Source: Antedon mediterranea (taxonomy: Eukaryota; Animalia; Echinodermata). From it: a stretch of DNA of 64,000 nt. Made by a program: the position numbers and the translations under genes. Of the stretch, positions 11,058 through 24,500 are shown in pieces. Where the stretch lies: positions 31,927,648 through 31,991,647 of the forward strand of contig NC_092673.1 in NCBI RefSeq assembly GCF_964355755.1. Reading direction: 5' to 3'. The notes below the pieces were generated by a model. It saw nothing but the letters and a program-made list of their open reading frames with translations. It was not told where the DNA came from and searched no databases. The first letter of the stretch is position 1; every line of letters begins with the position of its first letter.

Positions 11058-12511
11058 CTATTATAGGCTAGTCAATCTAGCAAAAAAAACAGCCCAAAGT
11101 GAAACAAATTGCAAACAGAGATTTTTCTTTTTTAAATGGTCATATATGATGAGGAGATCAAAATTTGAGCATCACACCTCTGTCACTCATCCCGATGATA
11201 TGCAAATTAGCTTAAATATGCAAATTAGGGTGAAATTACAAGGTTACCATATCTCAAAAACTACTAGTCCGAGAGAGTTGATTTTTTCACTGATCTATTC
11301 AAAATGTATATATTTATATTTACTCTAATGAAACATTTTACGAAAAAATGACCGGAAGTACCACATTTGACCTTCGACCCCATTTCTCAATGTTTGCATA
11401 TACAATGTGTGACTAAAATGTCTGTAGAGACTTTATTTTGCCCTCAAATGACCCAGACATAGGTTCCTAATAGCCCTACGCTCGCGCTAACCGCTCGCCA
11501 ATTCGCCAATGGCGACTGGAGTCTCCATTTGGCGAAAATAATTATTGCCTCGTTCGCCAAATTGGCGAAAACACATTTCCAAGCCTAGGCCTAGCCTGAT
11601 CGGCGTGACTTCTTATGGGAGCGACAATTCGCCACACTTCGGTACTTTCTGACTCGGGTACACTTTTTACCACCACAGCATTTTATGTGACGACGTCACG
11701 ATCGCCTTATTCATTTTTTTTAGTTCTGTTTAAACATGCTCAGAGCGTGCCTCGATGACGTTTTAATGACACACAGTTAATGTGATTGGTTCGTGGCCGG
11801 CCGGCCGTCGTCGACGTGATGATGAGCGAATAAAACTAAAAGGGGAAGTCCCTATTCTTCGACGACGTAGAAAATGAACTTCGAGAAGAAAATGTAAACA
11901 GCAACATGTGGACGAATACTTCCGTAAACGAGGCTGTTCTGTTATTTAAAAAGGGGAATTTTAAATTTAACAAAGTAATTACCTCAATAGTATAATGTTA
12001 ACATGTTTAATTTGATTTCCCTTTCGATTATTCTAACCGAAAGTTGCGCTTTAAATTGAATAGCTAAGAAACAGCGTATACTACAACGGCAACCCTGGCC
12101 AAAGCGCGTTTCGGCCGCCTACATAGAATGGGTTACGGCCGCTGCATAGCAAATTCAAAGCTTCTTAAATTTCTGCGGTACATTTCTTCCTAACGTACTT
12201 GTTTTATATAATAGATTGATAAATATTCCACTTATTAAATAATTTAATAAATCGGTAAAATTGACGTTTCGAAGCAAATATTCCATGATGAGAGGTGACA
12301 TTTTTCGACATGCCTCGTGTGCGGCGAAGTATAGTTCAGAAAATGGAACAGTCCACTGCGGGGGTTATCCAATCATTAATTAACGCGCTAATACATGCAT
12401 ACCATGCACATTGCCTGGGCGACGGTAATTTAGTAATAAGCGGAGAACTGAATCCCCCGTAAGGAAAATGGTAAACACTGATATTTATGGTAGGGATTAT
12501 TTTTTTCAGTG

Positions 12512-15500
12512 GTTAAGATAAGATAAGATAAGATAACTTTTATTGATCCTCAAAAAGGAAATTCATTGCTCGTCATAATAACAAAGAAAACACTATAAAA
12601 ACAAATATAGCATAAAACCATTCATATAAAAACATCTAAAAAATTACAATATAAAATTATCTTCTTGACTTCCTGTTGTACTAGATGATACCGGAGGGAA
12701 TAAAGGATTTAGCAAATCGATTTGTTTTCACACTGAGGAGCCTCAATCTACCACTTGGATTAAGTTGGTCTATGATCACTTTGTGGAGAGGATGAGAGGC
12801 ATCCGACTCAATGCGTTCGAAATCTTTCTGGAGGTGTTCTAGGTGCACATCGGTAAAGGAAGGCAGTTCCAGACCAATCATTTTACCAGCCCGACGGATG
12901 AAAGTTTCAAGGCGTCCTTTATTCCCTCCGGTAACATTACCAGCCCAACAGGAGAGGCAATACGTCCAAACACTACATATAACGGATCTATAGAACGAAA
13001 GTAACATCAAATCACAGGAGTTAAATTTATTTAAAGTTCTCATACAATACATTCTGGGACTTAATTTTTTGCTGATGAAGTCTATATGGTCTCCCCAACT
13101 CAGTTTATCATTGAAAACAATTCCTAGATACTTGTACTGGTCAACAATTTCAATTTCTTTACCTTTGATAGTGATTGGTTGAAAATTAAATTTATGTTTA
13201 GTCCTAAAATCAATGATCATCTCCTTTGTTTTTGATGCATTTATTTGGAGATAATTATCGTCACAAAATTTTACAAATCTTTGTATTTCGCTACGATAAT
13301 TTTCATCATTGTTTGAAACTATGAGACCAATAGTACTAGTGTCATCAGCGAATTTAACAACGGGGCAAAGCTCATCATTTAAAGATCTGTAATCCGCTGT
13401 ATACAAGGAATATAATTTAGGTGCGTTGACAGTACCCTGAGGAACACCGGTGTCAGAGGTTACGATTTCTGACTTAACACCATTAATATTAACAAATTGT
13501 TTTCTATCACAAATGAAATTTAAAACTAAACGAACAATCGGACGGGGAAACTCCATATTCAACATTTTGTCTGCTAAGATATGGGGTTGTATGGTATTAA
13601 ACGCAGATTGAAAATCAAAATACATAATACGTGCCGAGTGGCCTTTCTTTACATTATCTAGATGTGAATACAATTTATGTAATTTAAAATAAATCGCATC
13701 ACTGGTACTACGGAGTGATCGGTAAGTAAATTGCAACGGGTCTAACACTTTTTCAGCATAAGGTTGCATAATTTTAAAAATAATACGTTCCAATATTTTC
13801 ATCGCGACAGACGTGAGTGCAACGGGTCTCAAATCATTCATGCTGTTAATCTTAGGTTTCTTAGGTACCGGTATTATGCATGAAAGTTTCCAAATATCCG
13901 GGAACGCATGATAAGAAAGACACATATTGAAAATAAATGTAAATATACCATCAAGGTGAGGGGAGCAGACCTTAAGTACTCGTGGTGGGATTCTATCCGG
14001 CCCAGCAGCCTTCGATGAATTGAGTTTCATGAATTCGTTATGTACATCAGAAATGCTTATACTAAATTTGGGATCATCTTCAGTCACCCGACACAAGCTA
14101 AATAGAGCCTCTCTTTCTTTTTTAAAATCATGAACATTAAAACGGTTATAAAATTCATTTAACTCATTAACATATTGCACAGTAACATTCGGAATCGAGG
14201 TGGGTGTATTACCACCGTTTGTGTAACCACTCATAAGTTTCATACCCTGCCAAACTTGTTTCATATTATTAGACCTGAAGTTATGTTCAACTTTTTTCCT
14301 ATAAATGTTCTTCTGTTTCATTATTTCAGATTTAATCTCTCTAGTCAATATTTTCATACGATTAGAGTCGCCCATCTTAAAGGCTTTACGTTTCTCACAC
14401 AACAGTAATTTAACGCCTTTCGTGATCCATGGCTTGTTGTTAGGGTAGATTTTCACTTTTTTAACTGGAACGCATTTATCAATACAAAAGTTTATGTACG
14501 AGCTCACTGCATAAGTAATACTATTCAAATCTTCATCCTCCGTAAAAATATCCCAATCGGTAGATTCAAATTCCGCTATCAGGGCTTCCTCGGCTTCAGG
14601 AGACCATTTACGTACATTAATAATTTTTGGTTGGCATGTCTTATTTAACGGGCGATATTTAGGACTGAGTAAAATCAAATTATGATCAGATTTGCCCAAG
14701 TTCGGTAGTGGGGTCGAAATATAGGCATCCTTCACACTAGAGTAGCATAAATCAAGAATCGCGTTGTCCCTCGTTTTACATGTAACATGCTGATAATAAG
14801 TGGCCGTTGTTTTCTTGAGCTTGCATCTGTTGAAATCGCCATTGATAATTACAAGCGCCTCAGGGTGACTACACTCAATACCTTCGATAATTTCTGCGAT
14901 CTCATTTATAGCAGGCTTTTCAAGCTTTTTGTTAGGTATGTATACCATAACATTGATAACATGCGAGAACTCTCTCGGAAGATAGTAGGGGCGAATACCA
15001 ACAACCAGCACTTCCGAGTGTGGCGAACATTTATGAAGCTTAAGCGTAGAGTTATTTGGATGACAGTATTTCTCATTAATGTAGAGGCAAAGACCACCAC
15101 CGCCATCTTTGTTCGCTTCGGCTGTACGATCCCCACGAACAGATTTAAAGCCAACTACTTGAATATGTTGATCGCTATGCTTATCGCTCAGGTGGGTTTC
15201 CGTGAATGCAAGTAAGCTGGCATTCCTAAAATCGATGAAGTGTTCTACGTTTGCTCTGAGTAAATCGACTTTGTTATTCAAAGATCTTACATTTCCAAAT
15301 ATTAAAGATGGTATAAAAGGCTTACATTTCCTTCGTTGTAGTCGCTTTCTGACCCCACCAGCTTTGCCCCTTTTCCGAAGCCTGCGACGTTGTATCTCAG
15401 ATGGTAATTCAACGTGTGCCGGTAGCGGTGAGGTCGACCTCTCGCCCATGGAATGCAAATCAGATGACGTGTACGCAATTCCACCGCCCGGCTTACTCAA

Positions 15501-15697
15501 TCCACACAGTAAGAACAGCCAAAATATCAGCAAAAAATACAGAAATTTCAAAACTTTCACATACAACATAATGTATAAATCAAATGACTTCTTCCACAAT
15601 ACAATACAGTCCAAATATACGAAAATAACGTCAAAAAATGAGTAACAATAGAGACAATGAGACGAGCTGTGTCGCCGTGTTGCACAGCGCCACTATT
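12512..15697 (-). mobile_element. Near full-length Rex-Babar clade LINE
   Basis: Intact EN+RT ORF, AATAAA followed by a (TCTTA)n 3' tail at 12512-12544, and a possible short tggt(t) TSD. Confidence 0.88.
12681..15614 (-). CDS. LINE APE endonuclease-reverse transcriptase, 977 aa, uninterrupted
   Basis: GNVRSLNNK, FTETHL, GDFN, LGKSDH (EN); DLRPVALTS, FDFQSAFNTI, GVPQGTV, KFADDT, YKYLG (RT). The post-RT segment FYRSVICSVWTYCLSCWAGN resembles Rex1/Babar. Confidence 0.92.
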   Translation of the reverse strand: MDCIVLWKKSFDLYIMLYVKVLKFLYFLLIFWLFLLCGLSKPGGGIAYTSSDLHSMGERSTSPLPAHVELPSEIQRRRLRKRGKAGGVRKRLQRRKCKPFIPSLIFGNVRSLNNKVDLLRANVEHFIDFRNASLLAFTETHLSDKHSDQHIQVVGFKSVRGDRTAEANKDGGGGLCLYINEKYCHPNNSTLKLHKCSPHSEVLVVGIRPYYLPREFSHVINVMVYIPNKKLEKPAINEIAEIIEGIECSHPEALVIINGDFNRCKLKKTTATYYQHVTCKTRDNAILDLCYSSVKDAYISTPLPNLGKSDHNLILLSPKYRPLNKTCQPKIINVRKWSPEAEEALIAEFESTDWDIFTEDEDLNSITYAVSSYINFCIDKCVPVKKVKIYPNNKPWITKGVKLLLCEKRKAFKMGDSNRMKILTREIKSEIMKQKNIYRKKVEHNFRSNNMKQVWQGMKLMSGYTNGGNTPTSIPNVTVQYVNELNEFYNRFNVHDFKKEREALFSLCRVTEDDPKFSISISDVHNEFMKLNSSKAAGPDRIPPRVLKVCSPHLDGIFTFIFNMCLSYHAFPDIWKLSCIIPVPKKPKINSMNDLRPVALTSVAMKILERIIFKIMQPYAEKVLDPLQFTYRSLRSTSDAIYFKLHKLYSHLDNVKKGHSARIMYFDFQSAFNTIQPHILADKMLNMEFPRPIVRLVLNFICDRKQFVNINGVKSEIVTSDTGVPQGTVNAPKLYSLYTADYRSLNDELCPVVKFADDTSTIGLIVSNNDENYRSEIQRFVKFCDDNYLQINASKTKEMIIDFRTKHKFNFQPITIKGKEIEIVDQYKYLGIVFNDKLSWGDHIDFISKKLSPRMYCMRTLNKFNSCDLMLLSFYRSVICSVWTYCLSCWAGNVTGGNKGRLETFIRRAGKMIGLELPSFTDVHLEHLQKDFERIESDASHPLHKVIIDQLNPSGRLRLLSVKTNRFAKSFIPSGII

Positions 15698-17278
15698 GGT
15701 TGGTTGGTCTTGTTGGCCTCTTCGCATGAGGTCCACGCAAAGTCAAATAAAACGATGTGGTTTTATCAAACAGAAATATAAATTAGCTTTAATTCAATAC
15801 TAAATTAGCCAAATTTTGATAATGAGAAAGACTCAAAAATTCAATTTTTATCGTTAAAATTGACATATGAGGCGGATGTACATAATAATAATAACCGATT
15901 TACATATCAAAATAAAGAGTATTTAAAGCCTGATAACATGCAACAAAAATTACTCCACCACTTATTATGGACCTCGTGCGATCGGGTGCGAAAATGGGTA
16001 CGGTAGGTGTTTTCCAAAGTTATTTTTAGCGCGCGGATTTCGGCTCACCGGCTTTTGTACCTCATTTTTAACTCGCGTTTTGTATTAAAATATTTAATAA
16101 ACATAGATTAAAAATATATAAAAACAATCCCTTAAACAAGATCTTCCCAGGCATATAATTTTTATTCTCATGGGTACATAAGAAATAGTATATTTTTAAC
16201 TTCAAAGACACGTCACTTTTTGAAATTTCACGAACGTGTTAAAATCGCAGTAATGAAAATCAGCTTCATTGGGATACCTAATAATAATATAAATGTAAAA
16301 GAAGTAAAATAACAAACAAATACATGCATTATTTATTTAATAAACATTTTTGCGAATTTTTATGGTTTTTTAAATTTGGCTAAAGGATTTTCAATTTGGC
16401 TAATGTTTTTCAAAACCTTTCGCCATTCTGGCGAACAAAAATTTGACCTTAGCGCGAGCGTAGTGAAGCCAGCATAGGATCACTTTGTAATTCCCAAAAT
16501 CACACCTTTGTCACACACCTCGAAAGCATGCAAATTAGTAGTACAATTTAAATAAAATATGCAAATAAGGGGAAAAAATTACAGTTGTCCTATATCTCGA
16601 AAACCACTAATGCTAGAGAGCTGATTTTTTCACAGCCGTATTCAAAATGTACATATTTCTATTTGCTCCAATGAAACATTTTACAAAAAATTGACCGGAA
16701 GTATGACATTTGACCCTCGACCCCATTTCTCAATGTTGCATATATAAATGAAACTAAAATGTCTGTAGAGACTTTGTTTTGCCCTCAAATGACTCCGATA
16801 CAGGTTTCTAATAGCCAACATAGGACTGTTTAGTAGATCTCAAAATCACACCTGTATCACTCACCTCCAAAGTATGCAAATTATTAGTACAAGTTACATG
16901 AAATATGCAAATTAGAGGGTGAAATTAAAGGTTCCTATATATCGAAAATCACTAAGGCTAGAGAGTTGATTTTTTCAATAACTTGTTCAGAATGTACATA
17001 TTTATATTTACTCTAATGAAACATTTTACGAAAAAATGACCGGAAATACAACAATTGACCCTCAACCCCATTTATTAATGTTTGCATACATAATGCGACT
17101 AAAATGTCTGTAGAGACTTTGTTTTGGACTCAAATAACTCGGATACATGTTTCCTATAGTCAGCATAGGACCGCTTTGTAATTCCCAAAATCACGCCTTC
17201 GTTTTGGCATGGTTGGAATTCCCTTTTTTCGTATTAGTTTATGTACAGCGCTTAGAGGTTACACAACATTAGGCGCTA

Positions 17279-20200
17279 TAGTAGAGCAGTTAATGACATG
17301 AGCTGTGCATTTTATTACCAAAGCATGAAACTTGGCACAAAGTTTCTTTGATGTATATAGATTCAAAATATCGAGGGGTGCCAAGTGTCCAACGTCCGGT
17401 ATGGCGGCCATCTTGATTTCAAAATGGCCACCATAAAAACAAAAAATGTTCATATCTTGGCAACTATACACATTAGAGACTTAATTCTGGTCTCAAATTG
17501 TTCACAAACTATATATTTCTATTTGCTCTAATGAAAAGTTTTGTCAAAAAATGACTGGAAATGACGTTTCTTACAGTTTGACCTTTGACCTCGTATTTGT
17601 ATATCTCTGTAACTACTGGTCATTTTCAATCGATTTTGGTGTCATTTTGTTCAGAATAAATACATTTATATTTGTAGTAATGAAACATTTTCACATAAAA
17701 TGACCGGAAATACAACTTATGACCTTTGACATTAATTTATTGATTTTTAATTATGTGAATATACTGTATGTGGTTTTTGTTGGTCTAAAGTGCACCTAAT
17801 TTTGAACTTTGACCTGATAGGTGTAATTATATTAAATGATTAATGGACTTAAATTGTATATACTACATAAAATTGGTAAATTTGTGCTTGGTGGTACCAT
17901 TAGTTCAATGATGTTGGCACCTTCTGATTCGCTAAAAGTTTTAATAGTTTGACAGAGGAAATAACATACATGTTATTGAATACCGTAAAACCTCGAAAAG
18001 GTGATAGTATGAGCTTCTTTTCGAGACAGACTGTATTTGAATGTCAAATGAATAGTAGGATGATCGTGTTTATATCAATATATTATTAATGACCTTACAA
18101 AGAACCCTTTCTATTTCAACAATTAAGCCACAGTTATTCTACAATTTATTGTTTTCCAAGTGGTAGGCCTATTTTGATTGCATGTTATTTTTGTATGCTT
18201 CCTCGGTTAATATGGTCCTAACCCTCCTTCTTTGTCTGTAGATGGTCTTATACCCCATTCTTTATCTGTGGATGGTCTTATACCCCCTTCTGTGTCTGTT
18301 GATGGTATGATTACACCCCTTTCTTTGTGTGTGGATGGTCTTACACCCATTTTTTTGTCTGTAGATGGTCTTACACCCCTCCTTTGTCTGTGGATGGTCC
18401 TACACCCCCTTCTTTGTCTGTGGATGGTCCTACACCCCCTTCTTTTTCTGTGGATGGTCCTACACCCCTTTCTTTGTCTGTGGGTAGTCTTATGTACCCT
18501 TCTTTGTCTGTGGAGGGTCTTACACCCCTTTCTTTGTCTGTGGACGGTCTTATACCCCTTTCTTTGTCTGTGGATGGTCTTATACCCCCTTCTGTGTCTG
18601 TTGATGGTATTACACCCCTTTCTTTGTCTGTTGATGGTATTAAACCCCTTTCTTTGTGTGTGGATGGTCTTACACCCCTGTCTTTGTCTGTAGATGGTCT
18701 TATAATCCCTTCTTTGTATGTGGATGGTCTTACACCCCTTCTTTGTCTGTGGGTGGTCTTACATCCCCTTCTTTGTCTGTGGATGGTCCTACTCCTCCTT
18801 TTTTTGTCTGTGGATGGTCTTATACCTCTTCTTTGTCTGTAAGTGGTCCTATACCCCTTTCTTTGTCAGTGGTTGATGGTCTTACACCCCCTTCTTTGTC
18901 TGTGGACGGTCTTACACCTCCTTCTTTGTCTGTGGACGGTCCTACACCCCCTTCTTTGTCTGTGGATGGTCTTACACCCCTTTCTTTTTCTGTGGATGAT
19001 CTTATACTCCCTTCTGTGCCTGTGGATGATCTTATACCTCCTTCTTTGTCTGTTGATGGTATTACCTCTCCTTCTTTGTCTGTGGATGGTCCTACACCCC
19101 CTTCTTTGTCTGTGAATGGTCCTACACCCCTTCTTTGTCTGTGGATGGTCTTATACCCCCTTCTTTGTATGTAAGTAGTCCTATACACCTTTCTTTGTCA
19201 GTAGATGGTCTTACAACCCCTTCTTTGTCTGTGGACGGTCCTACACCCCCTTCTTTGTCTGTAGATGGCCTTATACCCCTTCTTTGTCTGTGTATGGTCT
19301 TATACCCACTTCTTTGTGTGTGGATGGGCTTACACCCCCTTCTGTGTCTGTGGATGGTCTTATACCCCCTTCTTTGTCTGTGGATGGTCTTATATCCCCT
19401 TCTTTGTCTGTGGATGGTCTTATACCCCCTTCTTTGTCTGTGGATGGTCTTACACCCCCTTCTTTGTCTGTGAATGGTCTTACACCCCTTCTTTGTCTGT
19501 GGGTGGTCTTACATCCCCTTCTTTGTCTGTGGATGGTCCTACTACTCCTCCTTTTTTGTCTGTGGATGGTCTTATACCCCTTCTTTGTCTGTAAGAGGTT
19601 CTATATCCCTTTCTTTGTCAGTGGTTGATGGTCTTACTGTACACCCCCTTCTTTGTCTGTGGACGGTCTTACACCTCCTTCTTTGTCTGTGGACGGTCCT
19701 ACACCCCCTTCTTTGTCTGTGGATGGTCTTACACCCCTTTCTTTTTCTGTGGATGATCTTATACCCCCTTCTGTGCCTGTGGATGATCTTATACCCCCTT
19801 CTTTGTCTGTTGATGGTATTACACCCCTTTCTTTGTCCGTTGATGGTCTTACACCCCTTTCTTTTTCTGTGGATGATCTTATACCCCCTTCTGTGCCTGT
19901 GGATGATCTTATACCTCCTTCTTTGTCTGTTGATGGTATTACCTCTCCTTCTTTGTCTGTGGATGGTCCTACACCCCTTCTTTGTCTGTGGATGGTCCTA
20001 CACCCCTTCTTTGTCTGTGGATGGTCTTATACCCTCTTCTTTGTCTGTAAGTGGTCCTATACCCCTTTCTTTGTCAGTGGATGGTCTTGCACCCCCTTCT
20101 TTGTCTGTGGACGGTCCTACGCCCCCTTCTTTGTCTGTGGATGGTCCTATACCCCTTTTTTTTGTCAGTGGATGGTCTTATACCCCCTTCTTTGTCTGTG

Positions 20201-21373
20201 GACGGTCCTACACCCCCTTCTTTGTTTGTAGATGGCCTTACACCCCTTTATTTGTCTGTGGATGGTCTTATACCTCCTTCTTTGTGTGTGGATGGTCTTA
20301 CACTCCCTTCTTTGTCTGTGGATGGTCTTATACCCTCTTCTTTGTATGTGGATGGTCTTACAACCCCTTCTTTGTATGATGGTCTTACACCCCCTTCTTT
20401 GTCTGGACCCACTACTTTGATTGATTAAATTAGACATTGTTTCTTGTATGATTAGGAAACCAAGACCTTTAAAGTGAAAGTCCACAGGTGGATGCCTAAA
20501 CAGGTCTTGTACAAAACAGTATATTGTAGGTCCATGTCACTAATTTGAGGATTACGTTAATAATTATATTGAGATGTCTTTTACGAATTGATTTAGTTCC
20601 GATTTTGCTAAAAAATCAATGACTAGAGAAAATCGAGGAAAAGGATTTAGATGAAAGGTTTACAGCAAAGGTCCATTGCCATAAAAATGGAATACATTTT
20701 TTTAGATGCAACGAAGAAACGATTGACACATCACAGTTTAGCAAACAAGTCGGCATAGATGAGCTCAGTGATCTGTCATACTTTATGCCTATCATATCAC
20801 ATCAAAAGTTAAAAATTCAGAATAATAATTCTGTGTCATTTATTTCGGTAAAAAAATTAGGTGCATTTATACCAATTAAACCACATACAGTATGTTCACA
20901 TAATTATATATGTCAAAGGTTATAAATTGTATTTCCAGTCATTTTATGTGAAAATGTTTCATTACTAAAAATATAGATGTCTCTATTCTGAACAAAATGA
21001 CACCAAAATCGATTGAAAATGATCAGTAGTTACCGAGATATACAGATAAGAGGTCAAAGGTCAAACTGGAAGAAACGTTATTTCCGGTCATTTTTGGACG
21101 AAACTTTTCATTAGAGCAAATAGAAATATGTGGTTTGTGAACAATTTAACACCAGAATCAAGTCTCTACTGTTTATAGATGCCAAGATATGAACACTTTT
21201 TGTTTTTATGGTGGCCATTTTGAAATCAAGATGGCCGCCATACCGGACGTTGGACAATTGGCACCCACCGATATTTTGAATCTATATACATCAAAAAAAC
21301 TTTGTGGAAAGTTTCATGCTTTGGTAATAAAGTGCACAACTTGGCTATTTTTATGGAGTTAACTGCTCTACTA
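17279..21373. mobile_element. Academ-like non-autonomous element with ~520-bp TIRs enclosing a minisatellite
   Basis: TAGTAGAGCAGTTAA at 17279 and TTAACTGCTCTACTA ending at 21373, with a 3-bp TSD cta. Arms 17279-17800 versus 20855-21373. Confidence 0.8.
18222..20405. repeat. 30-bp minisatellite, consensus TGGATGGTCTTACACCCCCTTCTTTGTCTG, roughly 70 units
   Basis: Direct inspection; 29-33 bp length variants shift the reading frames. Confidence 0.97.
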
Positions 21374-21521
21374 CTATATAAATCCAGGATATTATTAGGT
21401 TATATGCATGATATGCATATAACCTCTTGATTCTGTCAGAATCTTTATTTATTTCTTTATTTATTTATTAGGTTATATGCATTATCATGCATATAACCTC
21501 TTGATTCTGTCAAAATCTTTA

Positions 21522-24500
21522 TTGGTTATCCGCCTCAAGCGGATAAGCATTTGTTATTGTAGTGTTAATTTTTTTTTTTTTTATTGGTTATCCGCCTCAA
21601 GCGGATAAGCTCTTGGAATTGTAGTGTTACTTTTTTTTTATTATTCTTCTCTATTTCCGCCGATTTTTGTGTTCAGCTTTTCTCTGCAACCTGTTAACAT
21701 AACATGTTGTAACTTGGTAAACATTTAGACATTTAGCTGAAGATGTGCAGCCAAGCTTTTGGACGCTGGCAGAACCGCGTAGCGTAAGTCACGCGCGATT
21801 TTCAAAAAATCCTAAGTTGATCATAACTTCGAAAAAGATGAATATTTTTTAACGTAATTTTCAGCCATGTTTGCTTCACATCAATTGCTAACTTTTTTAT
21901 CGCTACCGAAATGTGTAACATTGGAAAGTGCGCGAGTAAACGGCGTTTGAAATTTTAAAATGCTCTAAATCAATTTCTGATTAAATTAGAGCACGATTCA
22001 GGTCATTTTAAGGGTTTGAAAAATTGCCACCAGGTGCGCACATTTTTACGTGCGCACGGCGCAGGGAACACGTATGAGCAATTCTTTTGCACGAGTTGTG
22101 TTTTTCAATCTTCGGTTAACAATTTTACGTTATTTTAATCACTATTCAACTTGAAATGACGTTCTACGAGCACGTTAAACATGACTGGTTGCGCACGTGA
22201 AATGTTAAAACATTGTGAAAATGTTGCAAAATATGTATACTTTTAAAAATGATACAGTTCATCAGAATGCAAGGTTACCCCTATTTTTTATTTTATTTTC
22301 TTGCAGTGTATGAATCATAGGTCTGATTTATTATAGTGTTGAATGTTAAAACGTGTTTGATGGCTACATTATTTGCATATTAAATATAATTTTTGAAATT
22401 TTTATCATCAAACAAACAAAAACTTTTTCAAAGAGCAAAACAATAAACATAACGTTTATCTTTTTTCTTCACATGTTAATATATAAAACTAAAAAGTATG
22501 CACTTTCATAATATGTCACTGGTTAAAATTTGTGAAGATTTCATCATAGTGAAAATTATGATATAGTTTGGTAAGTAATAATCTATTTGCATCGAGTGGT
22601 TCACGACATACCGAATGGACGAGTTAACTTTCTTCGGATTCTCTTCAGCAGGTGCTCATATGGCTCGATGTGTAGTGCCACCGACTTTGGTATCAGAGGT
22701 ACCGAGTTCGAATCCCATCACGGGAAAGTAATTAAAAAACAGGATTTAAATTGTTATTACACTGAAAGGGCAGTTTTACTTTTGAATAGGCTACTTTTTT
22801 TGGAAAAGTCATAACTGAGAAATACTTTAATACGCAAGATAAGTTTTGTTGCGGGCGGATAACCAAACTCGTCCTCAAGTGACGAGTTTAAGATCTAGTT
22901 GGTTATCCGCCTCAAGCGGATAAGCATTTGTTATTGTAGTGTTACTTTTTTTTTTTTTTTATTGGTTATCCGCCTCAAGCGGATAACCTTTGTTATTGTA
23001 GTGTTACTTTTTTTTTTTATTATTCTTCTTTCTTTCTCGGATTTTGTGCACGCGTTTTCTCTTTAACGTGTTAACATAACATGTTGTAACTTCGTCAACA
23101 TATACACATTTAACTTAAGATGTACTGCCAAGCTTTTTGACAATGTCAGATCCGCGTAGCGTAAGTTACGCGCGATTTTCTGAAAATCTTAAATCGGTCA
23201 TAACTTCGAAACCGATAAATATTTTTTAACGAAATTTTCAGCCACGTTTTCTTCACATCAATGGCTAACTTTTGGAATGTTTAACAAATTTTTGGAGATT
23301 AGAAAGTTTTCGCGTAAATTGCGTTTGAAATATTTTACTCTTCTTATTTTGTGCACGCTGTTTCTCTTCAACGTGTAAACATAATATGTTGTAACTTGTT
23401 CAGCATTTAGACATTTTACTGAAGTTTTCCAGCCAAGCTTTTTGACGATGTCAGAGCCGCGTAGCGTAAGTTACGCGTGATTTTCTGAAAATCTTAAATT
23501 GGTTATAACTTCGAAACAAATGAATATTTTTTAACGTCATTTTCAGCCACGTTTGCTTCACATCAATAGTTAACTTTTTAACGCTACCGCAATTTGTAAC
23601 ATTAGAAAGTGCGCGCGTCAATGGCGTTTGAAATTTTAAAATGCTTCAAATCAATTTCTGATTAAATTAGAGCACGATTCAGGTCATTTTAAGCGTTTAA
23701 AAAATTGCCACTGGTGCGCTCATTTTGACGCGCGCACAGCGCAGGGATCACGTTTGAGCATTTCTTTTACACGATTTGTGTTTTTAAATCTTCGGTTAAC
23801 AATTTTACGTTATTTTATTCACTTTTCAACTTGAAATGGCGTTCTACGAGCACGTTAAACATGACAGGTTGCGCACGAAAACGTCAACAAATTGTGAAAA
23901 AGTTCCAAAATATGTGTACTTTTAAAAATGAAACAGTTCATCAGAATGTAAGGTTACCCCCATTTTTTAATTTATTTTCTTGCAGTGTATGAATCATAGG
24001 TGTGATTTATTATAGTCTTGAATGTTAAAAAGTGTCTGAAGGCTACATTATTTGCATATTAAATGTAATTTTTTAAATAATTATCATCAAACAAACATAA
24101 ACATATTCAAAGAGTAAAACAATAAACATAACGCTTATCTTTTTTCTTTACATGTTAATATATAAAACTTGAAAGTATGCACTTTCATAATATGTAACTT
24201 TTTAAAATTTGTGAAGATTTCATCATAGTAAAAATTATGATTTAAGTTCATTATGTAATAATCAACTTGCATCGAGGGGGTTCACTACATACCGAATGAA
24301 CGAGGATTCTTTCTTCGGATTTTCTTCAGCAGGTGCTCATATGGCTCGATGTGTAGTGCAACCGACTTTGGTATCAGAGGTACCGGGTTCGAATCCCGTC
24401 ACGGGAAAACAATTAATTAAAAGGGTTTATTTGGTTATTACACTGAAAGGGCAGTTTTAATTTTGAATAGCCTACTTTTTTTGGAAAAGTCATAACTTAG

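Larger units (their letters stand above)
11474..16465. mobile_element. Unclassified TIR element nested in the Academ-like left arm, itself hosting a LINE
   Basis: ctacgctcgcgctaa (~11476) and ttagcgcgagcgtag (~16449-16463) are inverted. The host repeat resumes at 16467 (agccagcataggat). Confidence 0.65.

Noticed and set aside
18232-20485. Many overlapping ORFs with SVDGLTPPSL / LCLWMVLHP repeats
   Set aside because: They are by-products of a 30-bp minisatellite that is open in several frames and frameshifts constantly; there is no splice or start context.
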